Source of the DNA: Verrucomicrobiota bacterium
GTDB taxonomy: Bacteria; Verrucomicrobiota; Verrucomicrobiia; Limisphaerales; AAA164-E04
Direction of reading: 5' to 3'
DNA: 64,000 nucleotides
NCBI GenBank assembly: GCA_047947115.1
Contig: CP170459.1
Span: 1,568,001-1,632,000 of the forward strand
Notes under the pieces: model-generated
Database searches by the model: none
Told to the model about the DNA's origin: nothing
Seen by the model: the letters and a program-made list of their open reading frames with translations, nothing else
Part shown: in pieces, positions 12,501 through 21,500 of the stretch
Position numbering within the stretch: the stretch's first letter is position 1
Layout: each line of letters begins with the position of its first letter
Program-made: the position numbers and the translations under genes

Positions 12501-13889
12501 TGTCTCCGAGCTTGGGGTCAGTCCGGTTTCCCCGAAACGAATGACCCCAAAACTTTCAGGCTGCAAAACAAGGTCTTCGTTGATTTTGAATTGGGCCAGG
12601 CGGCCCGGTGTGTCAGATAAGTAATGGTCCCGCAAGTTTTGGGGAGATGACAGAGGGTTGTAAAACTCAATGAATCCTTTGCTGCCGACAAGTGGAAGAA
12701 TTTCGTTGAGAACGACGGAATTGCTGCTTTGAGTGGACATCCGCAATCGCGCTCCAAATACAACATCTGATGAGGTGGGGTTGATCTGGTGAACTTCCAC
12801 AGCCAGCAGATTGGTTCCGGTTTTCAGCATGGATCCAGGTGCCGAAAGGATATCTTCTTCAATCGTTGCGTTAGAGACTGCGCCACCGGCTGCCGTTGTC
12901 GTGAAGGTCAGCGTGCCGTCGGGTAAACGGATCCGCCCCATTTCCTGTCCATTCAGGTAGAAAGCGGCTCCATCATCCAGAATGGTGTCCAAACGCAGAG
13001 TGGTGAGATCCGGGTTTCCTGAAAATTGGAATTCTTTTCTGAAGTAATATGTCAACTGATCTTCATCATTCAGGGGGGTTCGAATGCCGGGTGAGGGCAG
13101 GGCTGAGTTTTCAAAACCGAACAGACCGCCTCCTTGTTTCCAATCCGAATCATCGTAAGCCACGTTTTTCCAGGATGTGCCGAGGTCTTGGTTGCCGTCA
13201 TGGAATTTCCATGTATCCGGGAAATCAACCAGTGCAATTCCGGTGGTTAGGTCAATCTCGGGAGTCTCGATCGGAGTTTCGGCTCCTTCAATGGGTTCCG
13301 TGCCTGGTGTGCCTTCCGGCTTGAGGCTGGTCGACCAGGATCTCGGATCATTGACCATGCCATCTCCGTTTTTCAACACCAGAGAATGCCCCAATCCGTC
13401 CGCAGCGACCGGCCAGTCGCCCGAGTCTTCGTAGTCTACTTGAACAACTGTGACCCCGTTTTTGTCTTTTACGATGATGGTATCCCCTCCATCACCCAAT
13501 TTGCCTGTCCATGGGCCAAATACCCGCACGGAATCAGGAATGCCATAGAAGGTGCGGAGTTCTTCACTGCTTCGGTCGCCAATGACGATCCTCTCCCCTG
13601 CTTTCAAAAAGGCTTGGTCAGCCCTGCCGGGGTCGAAATCCGGAAATTGATAGGAAACGCCACCCGCAAGCGACCAATGGATCATGTCCAAAGGTGTGGT
13701 GCTTTGATTGTGCATTTCCAAAAATTCCGGTGCATCACCACGAGGGTGATACATGATTTCTGAAATAACCACTTGTTCGGCGAACAGACTGTATGGATGG
13801 AAAAGAATATTTGTCAGCAAACAGGCGGTCAGATACAGGAGGGTGCGGAATTTGGCAAAGGATCTCATTTTCGTATGTCGGGCTTCCAT
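6531..13889 (-). CDS. Giant secreted multi-lamin-tail-domain / CotH-family kinase / PKD protein (~2450 aa)
   Basis: Repeated V(V)I(S/N)EIMY(H/D)P...E(F/Y)IEL.N lamin-tail motifs (about 7), CotH-like core (GIRNSG, DDWD, FLHWDSDLTFG), PKD-like LDAGQSYDPEGD, Ca-binding DxDxD repeats near C-terminus; start likely ATG 13889 or 13868. Confidence 0.85.
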   Translation of the reverse strand: MEARHTKMRSFAKFRTLLYLTACLLTNILFHPYSLFAEQVVISEIMYHPRGDAPEFLEMHNQSTTPLDMIHWSLAGGVSYQFPDFDPGRADQAFLKAGERIVIGDRSSEELRTFYGIPDSVRVFGPWTGKLGDGGDTIIVKDKNGVTVVQVDYEDSGDWPVAADGLGHSLVLKNGDGMVNDPRSWSTSLKPEGTPGTEPIEGAETPIETPEIDLTTGIALVDFPDTWKFHDGNQDLGTSWKNVAYDDSDWKQGGGLFGFENSALPSPGIRTPLNDEDQLTYYFRKEFQFSGNPDLTTLRLDTILDDGAAFYLNGQEMGRIRLPDGTLTFTTTAAGGAVSNATIEEDILSAPGSMLKTGTNLLAVEVHQINPTSSDVVFGARLRMSTQSSNSVVLNEILPLVGSKGFIEFYNPLSSPQNLRDHYLSDTPGRLAQFKINEDLVLQPESFGVIRFGETGLTPSSETTLYLTSPDGKTPLSAIRATITRDGRSIGRKPDGGAAWFAFTTPTPDDQNGSDSIRPEVHLNEAHYSEDGDLEWVEVFNQGNNPIPANTLRIMLADAFEDAILIEQVIPAGSRLQVSTPAKLGKGRHTLSIVNRQNTVLKAYRFDTPRLGWTWQAFPEGGTEWYASESPTPNSANQPIIRTEIVINEIMYDPPSNLTRGEYIELFNRGSETIDLTGWAFKDGISYMFPAGTTMAPGAFLIVASDLNAFREIYGNPPVAGEFDGQLSNNGERIRLVDPWGNLADEVDYRAGGEWPELANGGGSSLELTHPHADNAFGSAWRSSDETSKSDWQTFRYQDTFQQLRTFGSATDYKEIYFHLVNDGYVMLRDIQLIRLRDGTDILNNADRMSGNNRSATGWLAQGNHWQTDMDDEGVMHLISDGRGDNRPNRTEIDATSMNRREDYEIRFSARWVSGSPRLIFSTWDHSIANNFLIPIPSQLGTPAKPNSRLQETPPPQLGHLQHSPAVPTSADVVSITANVQSTEALEYVRVYHRLDNSNNSGTWDFDEMHDDGISGGDSVAGDGQYSQDLTSYRVNGRIVQFYVEAKTVKGEIQHLPKNGPNAPALYVVDNRSINTDLRTVRMVVSAYDMGAISSGETSKYDYDFPRLSNHYFNATFISNEQDIIYNAGIRNSGSPWTRGGNLDRAKIKLPQDRPFRGRVKHRWDNDAANGGRRHHNRIARYMLYLLGHPVNENEFIHTMINNGSPQLREDTEPVGNEFLDRNFDMGSDGDLYRIDDEWWFRDTWDRQNQDASWNYKNSDNPGRYRTEWMKRTRETEDNFSALIRLFQTASGNYDQKEIERLADPEAIMKMFVVRGYIDDWDSISLRRGKNGYMYRRATDGKFQFLHWDSDLTFGNVGAPFFQGLPKVDTYIRQPYNMRLFQYYLTELLDQYTHESPRMLAWLDAEEAASSSYNVNRSTYTNWFRSRERYGLNQLRRTAGLGLNVSTNNGADFETSDETITLQGQSSSGVFSVIVEGQPQARFTRIDETEWKLESIRTREGLNTLTLHGLDQWGNIRETTQISVSRNGNAVPVLSIDASPASWNMDLDESLKLDAGQSYDPEGDNLRISWKHQQTGVALTEDPPNRASVQFPRPGWYSIEASTRDGAGNLVSEKREASIYGRHGFSGFGNSTLDPWWQIRGGRFADNHPEGVWFSLENRPGHLTIHITGDEPRPWRQSQAKFPYMARLLPANSDWSLHGKFRLDSNLGDGTWAGIMISSKEEGRDSWFAVGVEDGNRLVARTVSRTTPTTVLGQQELTVNAATVRIRRQADTLYFETGDSGIWRSIASTTLAPDTTIVEGGPFMTTSEAIGADVNVDFAMLVDPSLASDLALSIRPTEIMYHPFPPSDVEFIELTNTGSGTVDLAGGEFIEGIRYQFGAVLLAPGESIVIAGDRDAFLSFYGNTGMRLAAGSFEGRLADEGERITFVDADANVVFSVRYDDSNNWPKRADGLGSSLQAVSLQGDVDDPDHWEASAKVHGTPGTYGTETRPSVVINEILAHTDPPFVDAIELFNPGATPVDLSGWFLSDEEEDLKKYQIPAGTVIVPNGFQVIYETAFLTNNPRVPFALSSAFGETVHLTQADTSGNIIAFVDAVEFPASENGRSMGRYPDGADTIRTLSHQTFGTNLRNTDPQEALSLFLQGAGAPNAEPYAGPIVVGRVMYHPTIDNDEFIELRNRTNRDLPLFDISFPQNTWQIRGGIEFDFPVNQRIAAQGRLIVTETDPDAFRQKYQIPTDVPVLGPYLGKLDNIGESIRLLWPDEPLSPPDPDAGFAPYLVMDEVQYDNELPWPREADGQGFGLLRIKLDGDGSNPNNWSTFKLNGGQAADADADEMDDAWELANGLDPADPLDAFLDADGDGFLNVNEFLAATDPNDANSILKFSSFELRNSGGQILFGFTAQPEVTYVIESTSSIQSGAWEEAARTTPKNSEQHLEIIVETKNPIQSFYRLRAER

Positions 13890-14360
13890 GGTATCGGTTC
13901 CACTCTGCCATGTTGTCAGGTGGAGTGGGGGACAGAAATAAGCTAATTGCATGCCAAAGCAATGCAAAATAGCAATAACAGTCCAACACGAAGCCGATGC
14001 CATGGAATTTAATTTCGATTTGCCAAGTAACCCGAATGGTTCTGTCCGGTGGAATTTGATCCATGGTGCGAAGAGCGGGACCAACTGTTCGGGATTGAGA
14101 ACGGTCAACGAGTAAAAGTCCCGTGTTGTCAGGTTTTAAAAACGGAAAAAAACTTGCTTGGCGGCGGTTGGATGGGCTTTGGTTTGGTTTTTCCAACCAC
14201 TTGTTGGTAAGGTGAAAAACGCCAGGATTTACCTGTAAATCCAACGTGAACAAATGGAAAAGACACTCTATCGGCACCAGGATGGGTGGCAATGGAAGTC
14301 GAAATAATCACAAAAAAAAGTTGTCATATTTGAGAATATGCACCAAGTTATACCAAATGT

Positions 14361-14390
14361 GGTCATCGAACCTTGGCGGGTTTGATGGCC
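14361..14390 (+). promoter_or_regulatory. 5'-UTR stem-loop upstream of porin gene
   Basis: GGTCATCGAACC-TTGGCG-GGTTTGATGGCC, 12-bp stem with two G-U pairs on the + strand, 29 nt before ATG and upstream of AGAGGA SD. Confidence 0.45.
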
Positions 14391-14419
14391 TAGTTTGTTA
14401 AAAAATTAGAGGAACTGAT

Positions 14420-15604
14420 ATGAAATTTAACAAATGGACAGTTGCGTTGGCAGCCGCAGGGCTGGTCAACCTAGGATCTGTAACTCAAGCGGAAGAAGCC
14501 AGCAATGCTGTGATGACCGCGTTATCGAAAACAACCATTAGTGGTTACGTGGACGCTTCGGTGTCCTGGTCGGATGTGAACTCCAACCCAGTTGCTGGGG
14601 GAGTACCCTTACACGGTCGAGTCGCATATCAAAACACAGCTAAAATGGATGGCTTCAACTTGGACGTGATCGGCTTAACCCTTGAAAAACCTCTCGATGA
14701 GAGTGATTGGGCTTCCGGTTACGTGGTAGACCTTCTCTTGGGTCCTGATGCAAGCCATTACGTTGCTGCAGCTCCATTCGCTGTTGCTGGGGCGACCAGT
14801 GATACGGTGGCTATCAAGCAGGCTTACGTTGCTACGCGTGTCCCTGTCGGCAACGGTGTGGACCTGAAGTTGGGCACATTTGATGCAATCATTGGGTATG
14901 AGGTGTTTTCCAACGGAGCTAATCCTAATTATAGTCGTTCATTTGCCTACAACTTGGAACCCTTTGCTCACACCGGAGCTTTGGCCTCTTATCAAGTGAA
15001 TGACCTAGTCGGATTCAGCGCTGGGATTGCCAACACCTCTGCTTCGGTGATCAATGACCGTGCTTCTGCCCTGGGTGCAAGTTCCTCCCATTTCTCTTAC
15101 ATGGGAGCTGTTTCTATCGTGGCGCCTGAAAGCACAGGTTTCCTTTCTGGAGCTACTTTGTATGCAGGATTTCTTGATGGCCTCAATGGGGGTCCTAGTT
15201 CTGATCCTGATACCACCAACTACTACCTTGGTGCTACCATGCCGACCCCGATCGACGGTCTCGCCCTCGGGCTTGCTTACGACCGCGTTGTTGACGTGGC
15301 AGGTGCTCCCGGCACTGACGCTGACGTGATTGGTGCTTACGCCTCCTATCAGGCCACAGACAAAATGGCTATTCATGGCCGTATTGAATACGTCACCGGT
15401 GACAACGGTCTTTACTACGTTGGTAACGGTACCGATGACAATGAGTTGCTCGGCTTGACCGCAACCGTTGACTACAGTCTCTGGGAGAACGTGATCACCC
15501 GTGTCGAAGGTCGCTGGGACCAGCAGCTTGATGATAACGGTGACCAATACGGCAGTGGAGACGACGTCTTCACCTTGACGCTGAACGCGATCTACAGCTT
15601 CTAA
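14420..15604 (+). CDS. Outer-membrane beta-barrel protein (putative porin, DUF1597/BBP2-like)
   Basis: Signal peptide, TTISGYVD, GYEVF...NPNYSRS, PFAHTG motifs, C-terminal aromatic LNAIYSF; SD AGAGGA. Confidence 0.8.
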   Translation: MKFNKWTVALAAAGLVNLGSVTQAEEASNAVMTALSKTTISGYVDASVSWSDVNSNPVAGGVPLHGRVAYQNTAKMDGFNLDVIGLTLEKPLDESDWASGYVVDLLLGPDASHYVAAAPFAVAGATSDTVAIKQAYVATRVPVGNGVDLKLGTFDAIIGYEVFSNGANPNYSRSFAYNLEPFAHTGALASYQVNDLVGFSAGIANTSASVINDRASALGASSSHFSYMGAVSIVAPESTGFLSGATLYAGFLDGLNGGPSSDPDTTNYYLGATMPTPIDGLALGLAYDRVVDVAGAPGTDADVIGAYASYQATDKMAIHGRIEYVTGDNGLYYVGNGTDDNELLGLTATVDYSLWENVITRVEGRWDQQLDDNGDQYGSGDDVFTLTLNAIYSF

Positions 15605-15635
15605 TCGAGCAATCGATTTTAGAATCTTTTATGTT

Positions 15636-15666
15636 AGCCCCACGGACAATATCCGTGGGGCTTTTT
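15636..15666 (+). terminator. Rho-independent terminator
   Basis: AGCCCCACGGA-CAATA-TCCGTGGGGCT followed by T-tract. Confidence 0.85.
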
Positions 15667-15717
15667 CTTGTCCATCAACCTTGTTTCCGCAAATGCGAGA
15701 GGTATATATTTCCGTAT

Positions 15718-16731
15718 ATGAAACATATGATGAAACATGCATTAATGATGGCTCTGGGTTTGTGTTGTATGAACGCAATCGCTGCAGAAGGGGAATCTGC
15801 CTATGATCAGGCCAAAAAGGCCGAATTGAGAGAAAGTGCTAATTCGCTCTTCGGACCACTCCCGGATGCCATGCCCGGATCGGAAAACGACACAGATTAC
15901 CGTAAGCATCTTGGTGAAAAACTGTATTTTGACACTCAATTATCGAAAAACAACACCATTTCCTGCAACTCCTGCCACCGTGTGGATCAAGGCCTGGGTG
16001 GAGTTGACAATGCTCCCGGTTCGACCGGCGCTTTTGGTGATATCGGCGGTCGAAATGCGCCCACCGTTCTGAATGCGGGATTCCAATTGGCGCAGTTCTG
16101 GGATGGGCGCGCCGCCGATTTGCAGGCACAAGCCAAAGGCCCGGTGTTGAACCCCATCGAAATGGCCATGCCGCATGAAGGGGCCGTGTTGGATCGGATT
16201 CGTATGGACGATGATTATCGTGCACTTTTCAAAAAGGCTTTTCCGGATGCCAACCCCGCCATTACCTACAATAACGTGGCCGAGGCGATTGCTGCTTTCG
16301 AACGAACCCTTATCACCAAAGACCGATTCGATGATTTCCTTAAGGGAGACGACGAAGCCTTGACTCAGTTGGAACTGAAAGGATTGGAAACATTTACCGG
16401 GATTGGATGCACGACCTGCCATATTGGGCCACTCTTGGGAGGTTCTATGTATCAAAAGATGGGCTTGGTGAATGCCTATGAAAACTTCAGTGATATTGGG
16501 CGCGAGGAGGTTACCAAGAATGAGGATGATAAATACAAATTCAAAGTGCCTACCCTTCGGAATATTGCGATCACTGATCCCTACTTTCATGACGGAGGCG
16601 TTGCAACGCTCGATTTTGCCGTACGCAAAATGGCCTACATGCAGTTGGGACAACAACTCACCACTGAGCAAACCGACGCCATCGTCGCATTCCTTGGCGC
16701 CTTGACCGATAAAGGTCGCACCGGTAAATAA
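15718..16731 (+). CDS. Di-heme cytochrome c peroxidase (CcpA/MauG family)
   Basis: CNSCH and CTTCH heme motifs, RNAPTVLN, QFWDGRA, FKVPTLRNI, PYFHDG; signal peptide after ATG 15718. Confidence 0.92.
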   Translation: MKHMMKHALMMALGLCCMNAIAAEGESAYDQAKKAELRESANSLFGPLPDAMPGSENDTDYRKHLGEKLYFDTQLSKNNTISCNSCHRVDQGLGGVDNAPGSTGAFGDIGGRNAPTVLNAGFQLAQFWDGRAADLQAQAKGPVLNPIEMAMPHEGAVLDRIRMDDDYRALFKKAFPDANPAITYNNVAEAIAAFERTLITKDRFDDFLKGDDEALTQLELKGLETFTGIGCTTCHIGPLLGGSMYQKMGLVNAYENFSDIGREEVTKNEDDKYKFKVPTLRNIAITDPYFHDGGVATLDFAVRKMAYMQLGQQLTTEQTDAIVAFLGALTDKGRTGK

Positions 16732-16739
16732 TACGTCTC

Positions 16740-18191
16740 ATGCACTCATTGAATTCCTACCTGCGATGCTGCTTCATTATCGCTTCATGGTTGGCGTGCA
16801 GTATTGGCCATGCAGCTGATGATCGTCCCAACATCCTGTTCATGATGGCGGATGATCACACTTCGCAGGCATGGGGATGTTATGGATCCAGATTCTCACC
16901 TCATTTCACCACCCCCAACATCGATCGAATTGCAAAGGAAGGAGCCAGACTGACTCATTGTTTTGTGACCAATTCCATATGTGTGCCAAGTCGGGCCTGC
17001 ATCCTGACTGGGCAATACAGTCATGTAAATGGTGTGAAAACCCTTGCCGATAGTTTGGACCCGAAAAAGCAACATGTTGGACATTTGTTGCAGGCAGCTG
17101 GTTATCAAACCAGTTTGATTGGGAAATGGCATTTAAAGTCAGTGCCAAGTGGATTTGATTATTGGAACATCATCAAGGGGCAAGGCCGGTATCACGAACC
17201 TGTCATGTACGAAATGGATATGGAAAATCCCAAAGTACAAAAAGGGGGCTACTCCACAGATGTGTTCACAACCACCGCTTTGAACTGGTTGGATCGGCGG
17301 GAAAAGAATCGACCATTTTGCCTGATGCTTCATTTCAAGGCGACTCATGAACCCTGGCAATTCCATGCGCGGCATGCGGATTTATTTGAAAATGTATCAT
17401 TTCCGGAACCTGAAGACATGCTTGGTGCAACTGGGCCAGTTCACTCTCGGATACCGGGTTGGCCGTTGGAAATTTTAACCAAAAGAATGACAAGTCATCC
17501 AAATCACGGAAACGGTTATTTGAAACTGACTAGTCAGGATCCAGTGGCGATACGTAGGCAGACCTATCAGAAATTCATAAAGGACTACCTTCGTTGTGCG
17601 GTAGCTATTGATGAGAATATAGGCAGGGTTCTGGATTACCTTGATCGGAACGAACTGACACGAAAAACAGTGATTATTTACACCAGCGACCAGGGATACT
17701 TCCTTGGGGAGCATAACTATTTCGATAAGCGATTCATGCTTGAAGAAAGTCTGAGAATGCCATTGGTGATAAAGTATCCGGAAGAGATAATAGAAGGCAC
17801 CGTTAATAAGGACATGATACTCAATGTGGACTTTGCAGCCACGATACTTGATTATGCGGGGCAAAAAACTCCCTCAACAATGCAGGGAAAAAGTTTTAGG
17901 GAGAACTTAAGGGGGAATACGCCAGCAAACTGGCGAGAATCCATGTATTACCGATACTGGGAAAATAGTGAGGAAAGACCGGCTCATTATGGAATTCGCA
18001 CTTATGCGGATAAATTGATTTACTATGATGGGTTGAAAAGTGGAGTCAAAGAATCACGCTGGGAGTATTACGATCTTAAGACAGATCCAGGGGAAACCCT
18101 CAATGCTTATGATACTGCTTTAGATCAAAAAAGAGAAGAAACGCTGAAAAAGTTGTTGTCAGACTGGCGGAAAACACTGGGTGACGAATAA
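16740..18191 (+). CDS. Formylglycine-dependent sulfatase (secreted)
   Basis: RPNILFMMADD, CVPSRACILTG (CxPxR), GKWHL, YTSDQG; signal peptide. Confidence 0.92.
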   Translation: MHSLNSYLRCCFIIASWLACSIGHAADDRPNILFMMADDHTSQAWGCYGSRFSPHFTTPNIDRIAKEGARLTHCFVTNSICVPSRACILTGQYSHVNGVKTLADSLDPKKQHVGHLLQAAGYQTSLIGKWHLKSVPSGFDYWNIIKGQGRYHEPVMYEMDMENPKVQKGGYSTDVFTTTALNWLDRREKNRPFCLMLHFKATHEPWQFHARHADLFENVSFPEPEDMLGATGPVHSRIPGWPLEILTKRMTSHPNHGNGYLKLTSQDPVAIRRQTYQKFIKDYLRCAVAIDENIGRVLDYLDRNELTRKTVIIYTSDQGYFLGEHNYFDKRFMLEESLRMPLVIKYPEEIIEGTVNKDMILNVDFAATILDYAGQKTPSTMQGKSFRENLRGNTPANWRESMYYRYWENSEERPAHYGIRTYADKLIYYDGLKSGVKESRWEYYDLKTDPGETLNAYDTALDQKREETLKKLLSDWRKTLGDE

Positions 18192-18579
18192 TTTGCATTA
18201 AAAAACGCAAAAAAGGGCGTTCCATAAGCCTGAATAATGAATCTTGATTGACTTAAGAGCATGGCTGTGATTGCATTCTTTTGTTGGTTGATCCAAAAAA
18301 ATCGTGAGGAAATGAAAGAAAGCCCCTCTGATCGGCCAAAACAAACCAATTAATTTAAATAGCTGCTGTCTCTTCTGATCAAAATTGCCAAAAAAATGGT
18401 TCACATTTAAAATAATGTTGGCCTGAATTTTGCTTTTTATGCGATTTGATGTATTGTGATACGGCATTCCATCGTTAATGAAGGCTGTGTTAAGGCATTT
18501 AGCCTAGTTTTCATTTGACGATTTGCTGGAAGTGATGCAAATTGAGTTCCAATTTTATTGGGAAAACGCACGTACTAAC

Positions 18580-21500
18580 ATGAATAGAGTTATGAAACTA
18601 AAACCATCAGGCGGTTGCCGGATATTTCTGGCGGCCTTCGTTGCCACGCTAGCTAGTGTGGCCCAGTTGTTTGCAGCTGATGCTGCAATTAATTGGAGCA
18701 ATCCGGCTGATATCGTTTATGGGACGCCTCTGAGCAGCGCTCAGCAGAACGCCACATTTACGAATCCAGACACGGGTGCTTCATTGCAGGGGACTGTTAT
18801 ATACACCCCGTTGGCCGGCACGTATCTTAATGCCGGAAGTCAGCAAGCACTGACCGTCACCTTTGTGCCGAACTCCAACCAGGGAGTCAACGCGAATGCG
18901 GTGACCAAAACGGTGTTCCTCAATGTGCAGAAAGCACCTTTGACTGCGTCGGCACCAAGTATAACTGCCGAATATGGAACAGCAGTTGCCAACTACATAG
19001 CAGGCCTGAATGGTGATCTGGTCACTTACAGTGGATTTGTTCGCAATGAAAACAAAGATAGCGCTGGCGCAATCTCTGTGAAACCTACCATTGAGATCAA
19101 AGATACTAACAACTCAACACCAGCTGGTTCTGTTAAGGCTGTTACATTTGCTACTCCGCCTTCATCGTCAAACTACAGTATAACTACGGTTAACGGAACA
19201 CTTACCATTGCTCCGAAGACCCTGGTTTTTGATTTGGCAAATAAAACCAAACTTTACGGTGAAACTCCTATTGCTCCACACTTGGACGTTCCTCAAGGAG
19301 CGACCGGTAATTTTGGTTTGGGCAATGATGGTCGCGGAACAGGTTGGGAAAATGGTCAAGACGCTAATGTAAAAGTTAGCCAGGTTCACAACGTTACTGA
19401 GAAATCAAATGTTGGAACCTATGACATCAACATCCTTTTGGAAGAAACTACTCCAAATATCCTGCGCAACTACACTGTGAAGATCAACAATGCGATCTAC
19501 ACAGTTACCAAACGTGATCTTCAGGTTGCTGTTGATCCAGCCAACGCGACTATCAAGTATGGAGAAAAATTCCCTACATTTAAGGCAACCTACACCATTG
19601 TTGAGCCAGGTGCGCAAACATTCGACATTGCCAATGTTAATAAAACTGGCAATGCCTTGTCTACCGTAAGCGGTGTATTGACTGGTGCTGTGTCGTTGGT
19701 GCTTCCAGCCGCTAATGCAAACGTTGCGAACTCGCCTCATGATGTCAAAACCGATGGTGGAACAACATTTGGCAACAACTTCAATATTGTTCGTGTTAAT
19801 GGTAAATTGACTGTTAATAAAACGGACCTGACCATTAAGGCGTCCAATCGTACAAAAATCACCGGTGTCGCACTGCCAGGTATCGGCTCGCTGCAAGTTG
19901 AGTTTCCTAATTCTGGAGATTTCAAATTTGGTGAAAGCCCATCAAATATCTTCAATCCGTTCCCACCAGAAATGCAGTACAGTTTTGTGAATCCAAACCC
20001 GGATCCAACTGCTGGTGACACAACGGACAATGCTGATTTGAATGTGAATAACGGTGTAGGTGCCAAGCCTGGTACTTATTCGTCCGCAATTGCATTCAAA
20101 AATCCAGCTCTAACAGCCGCCAACTACAACATTATTCAACAAAATGGTGATTTGAATGTTACCTTGCAACCGCTTCAGGTTAGCTGGGCACCTCAAACAA
20201 CCACTTTGACATATGGTGATGGATTTGACGCTACCAAGCATTTGAATGCAAAGGGAACAACGACTGTTCCATTTGGGAATGGCACTTACGCCATTCCATT
20301 CACCGTGACTTACGAAGCCTTCAATAAGGATAATGTTAGCCAAGGTGCTATAACGCCTGGTTCAACATTGCCTAGTGGAACCTTCCGAGTTACTGCGACT
20401 GTAAAAGTAAATCAGGCACAGATCACTGCTGATCAGAATGCAAATCCTGCACAAGCACCCGCTCAGGTACCTGCATTCGGTGATGGACTTGCTTCTCTTG
20501 ACTTCATCTTTGTTAAGAAAGCCCTGGAAGTTACCGCTGATAAGCAGGAACGCACATTTGGAAGCGCCAACGGTTTCGATAAAACAAAAGTTGCTTACAA
20601 AGGATTTGTTTTAGGTGATACCGATGCAAATCTGACCAAGAAGCCTGAAGTTGGTGATCCAACTAACGCGGCATCTGATGTGGGTGATTATAGCATCATT
20701 CCTTCAGGAGGCGAATCTGGGAACTATAGTTTCAACTATGTATCCAGCACCCTGAAAGTGAAGCCTGCTGCTACAACAGTTACTTGGAATCCTGAAGCTG
20801 CTGGTGGAGACGTTAAAAAACACGTTACCTATGGTACAGCTATGTCAGCTACACCAAACGTAAATGCCGCTGCTAACGGCGGTGTTGCCGGTACTATCAC
20901 CTACAGCATCAACATCAATGATCCTCGTGCTCTTACAGTTCCTACAACGGATGTGAAAGCCACGTTTACACCTTCTTCGCCCAATTATTCGAAGTCGGAA
21001 CTAACCAGAACGATCAATGTATTGCGTAAGGAATCTGTAGTTGCTCCATCAGGTCAGACATTGATCTTTGGTGACGACATTCCAGCCCTGAGTGGAACAG
21101 TTGGTTTCCTCGACGGTGATGGCATCGAAACCACCTTCAAATCCATTGCATACAAGGGTATCGATGTTGGTGATTATTTGATCTCAGCTGAGTTCAAAGA
21201 TACGTTCGGCCGATTGAAGAACTACAACATCAAGTTGCTCTCAGCAGCTGAAAACCGAATCAAAATCAACCCTGCTACATTGAACATTGAAACTCAAGAT
21301 CAGACAAGCGCAGTCAACGCAGGTGGCCCTAAAGCTACTGAGTTGAAATTGTTCGGTCTTAAGGCTGAAGCCAATGTTTTGGAAGGTATCGCAATGACCA
21401 AAGCAGAACTCGACTTGGCTTACACCCAAACCGGTGTAACCGTTGTTGATGAAGCTGATGGCAACAAGAACAAGACCTATGATAACACCAAGGTGACCTT

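Noticed and set aside
13890..14108. N-terminal extension of the 2525-aa ORF, and similar extensions of other ORF-track calls
   Set aside because: Signal peptides or conserved N-termini begin at downstream ATGs; the extensions look non-coding
14339..14355. NtrC-like site TGCACC upstream of the porin
   Set aside because: Only one half-site matches and no convincing sigma-54 promoter was seen
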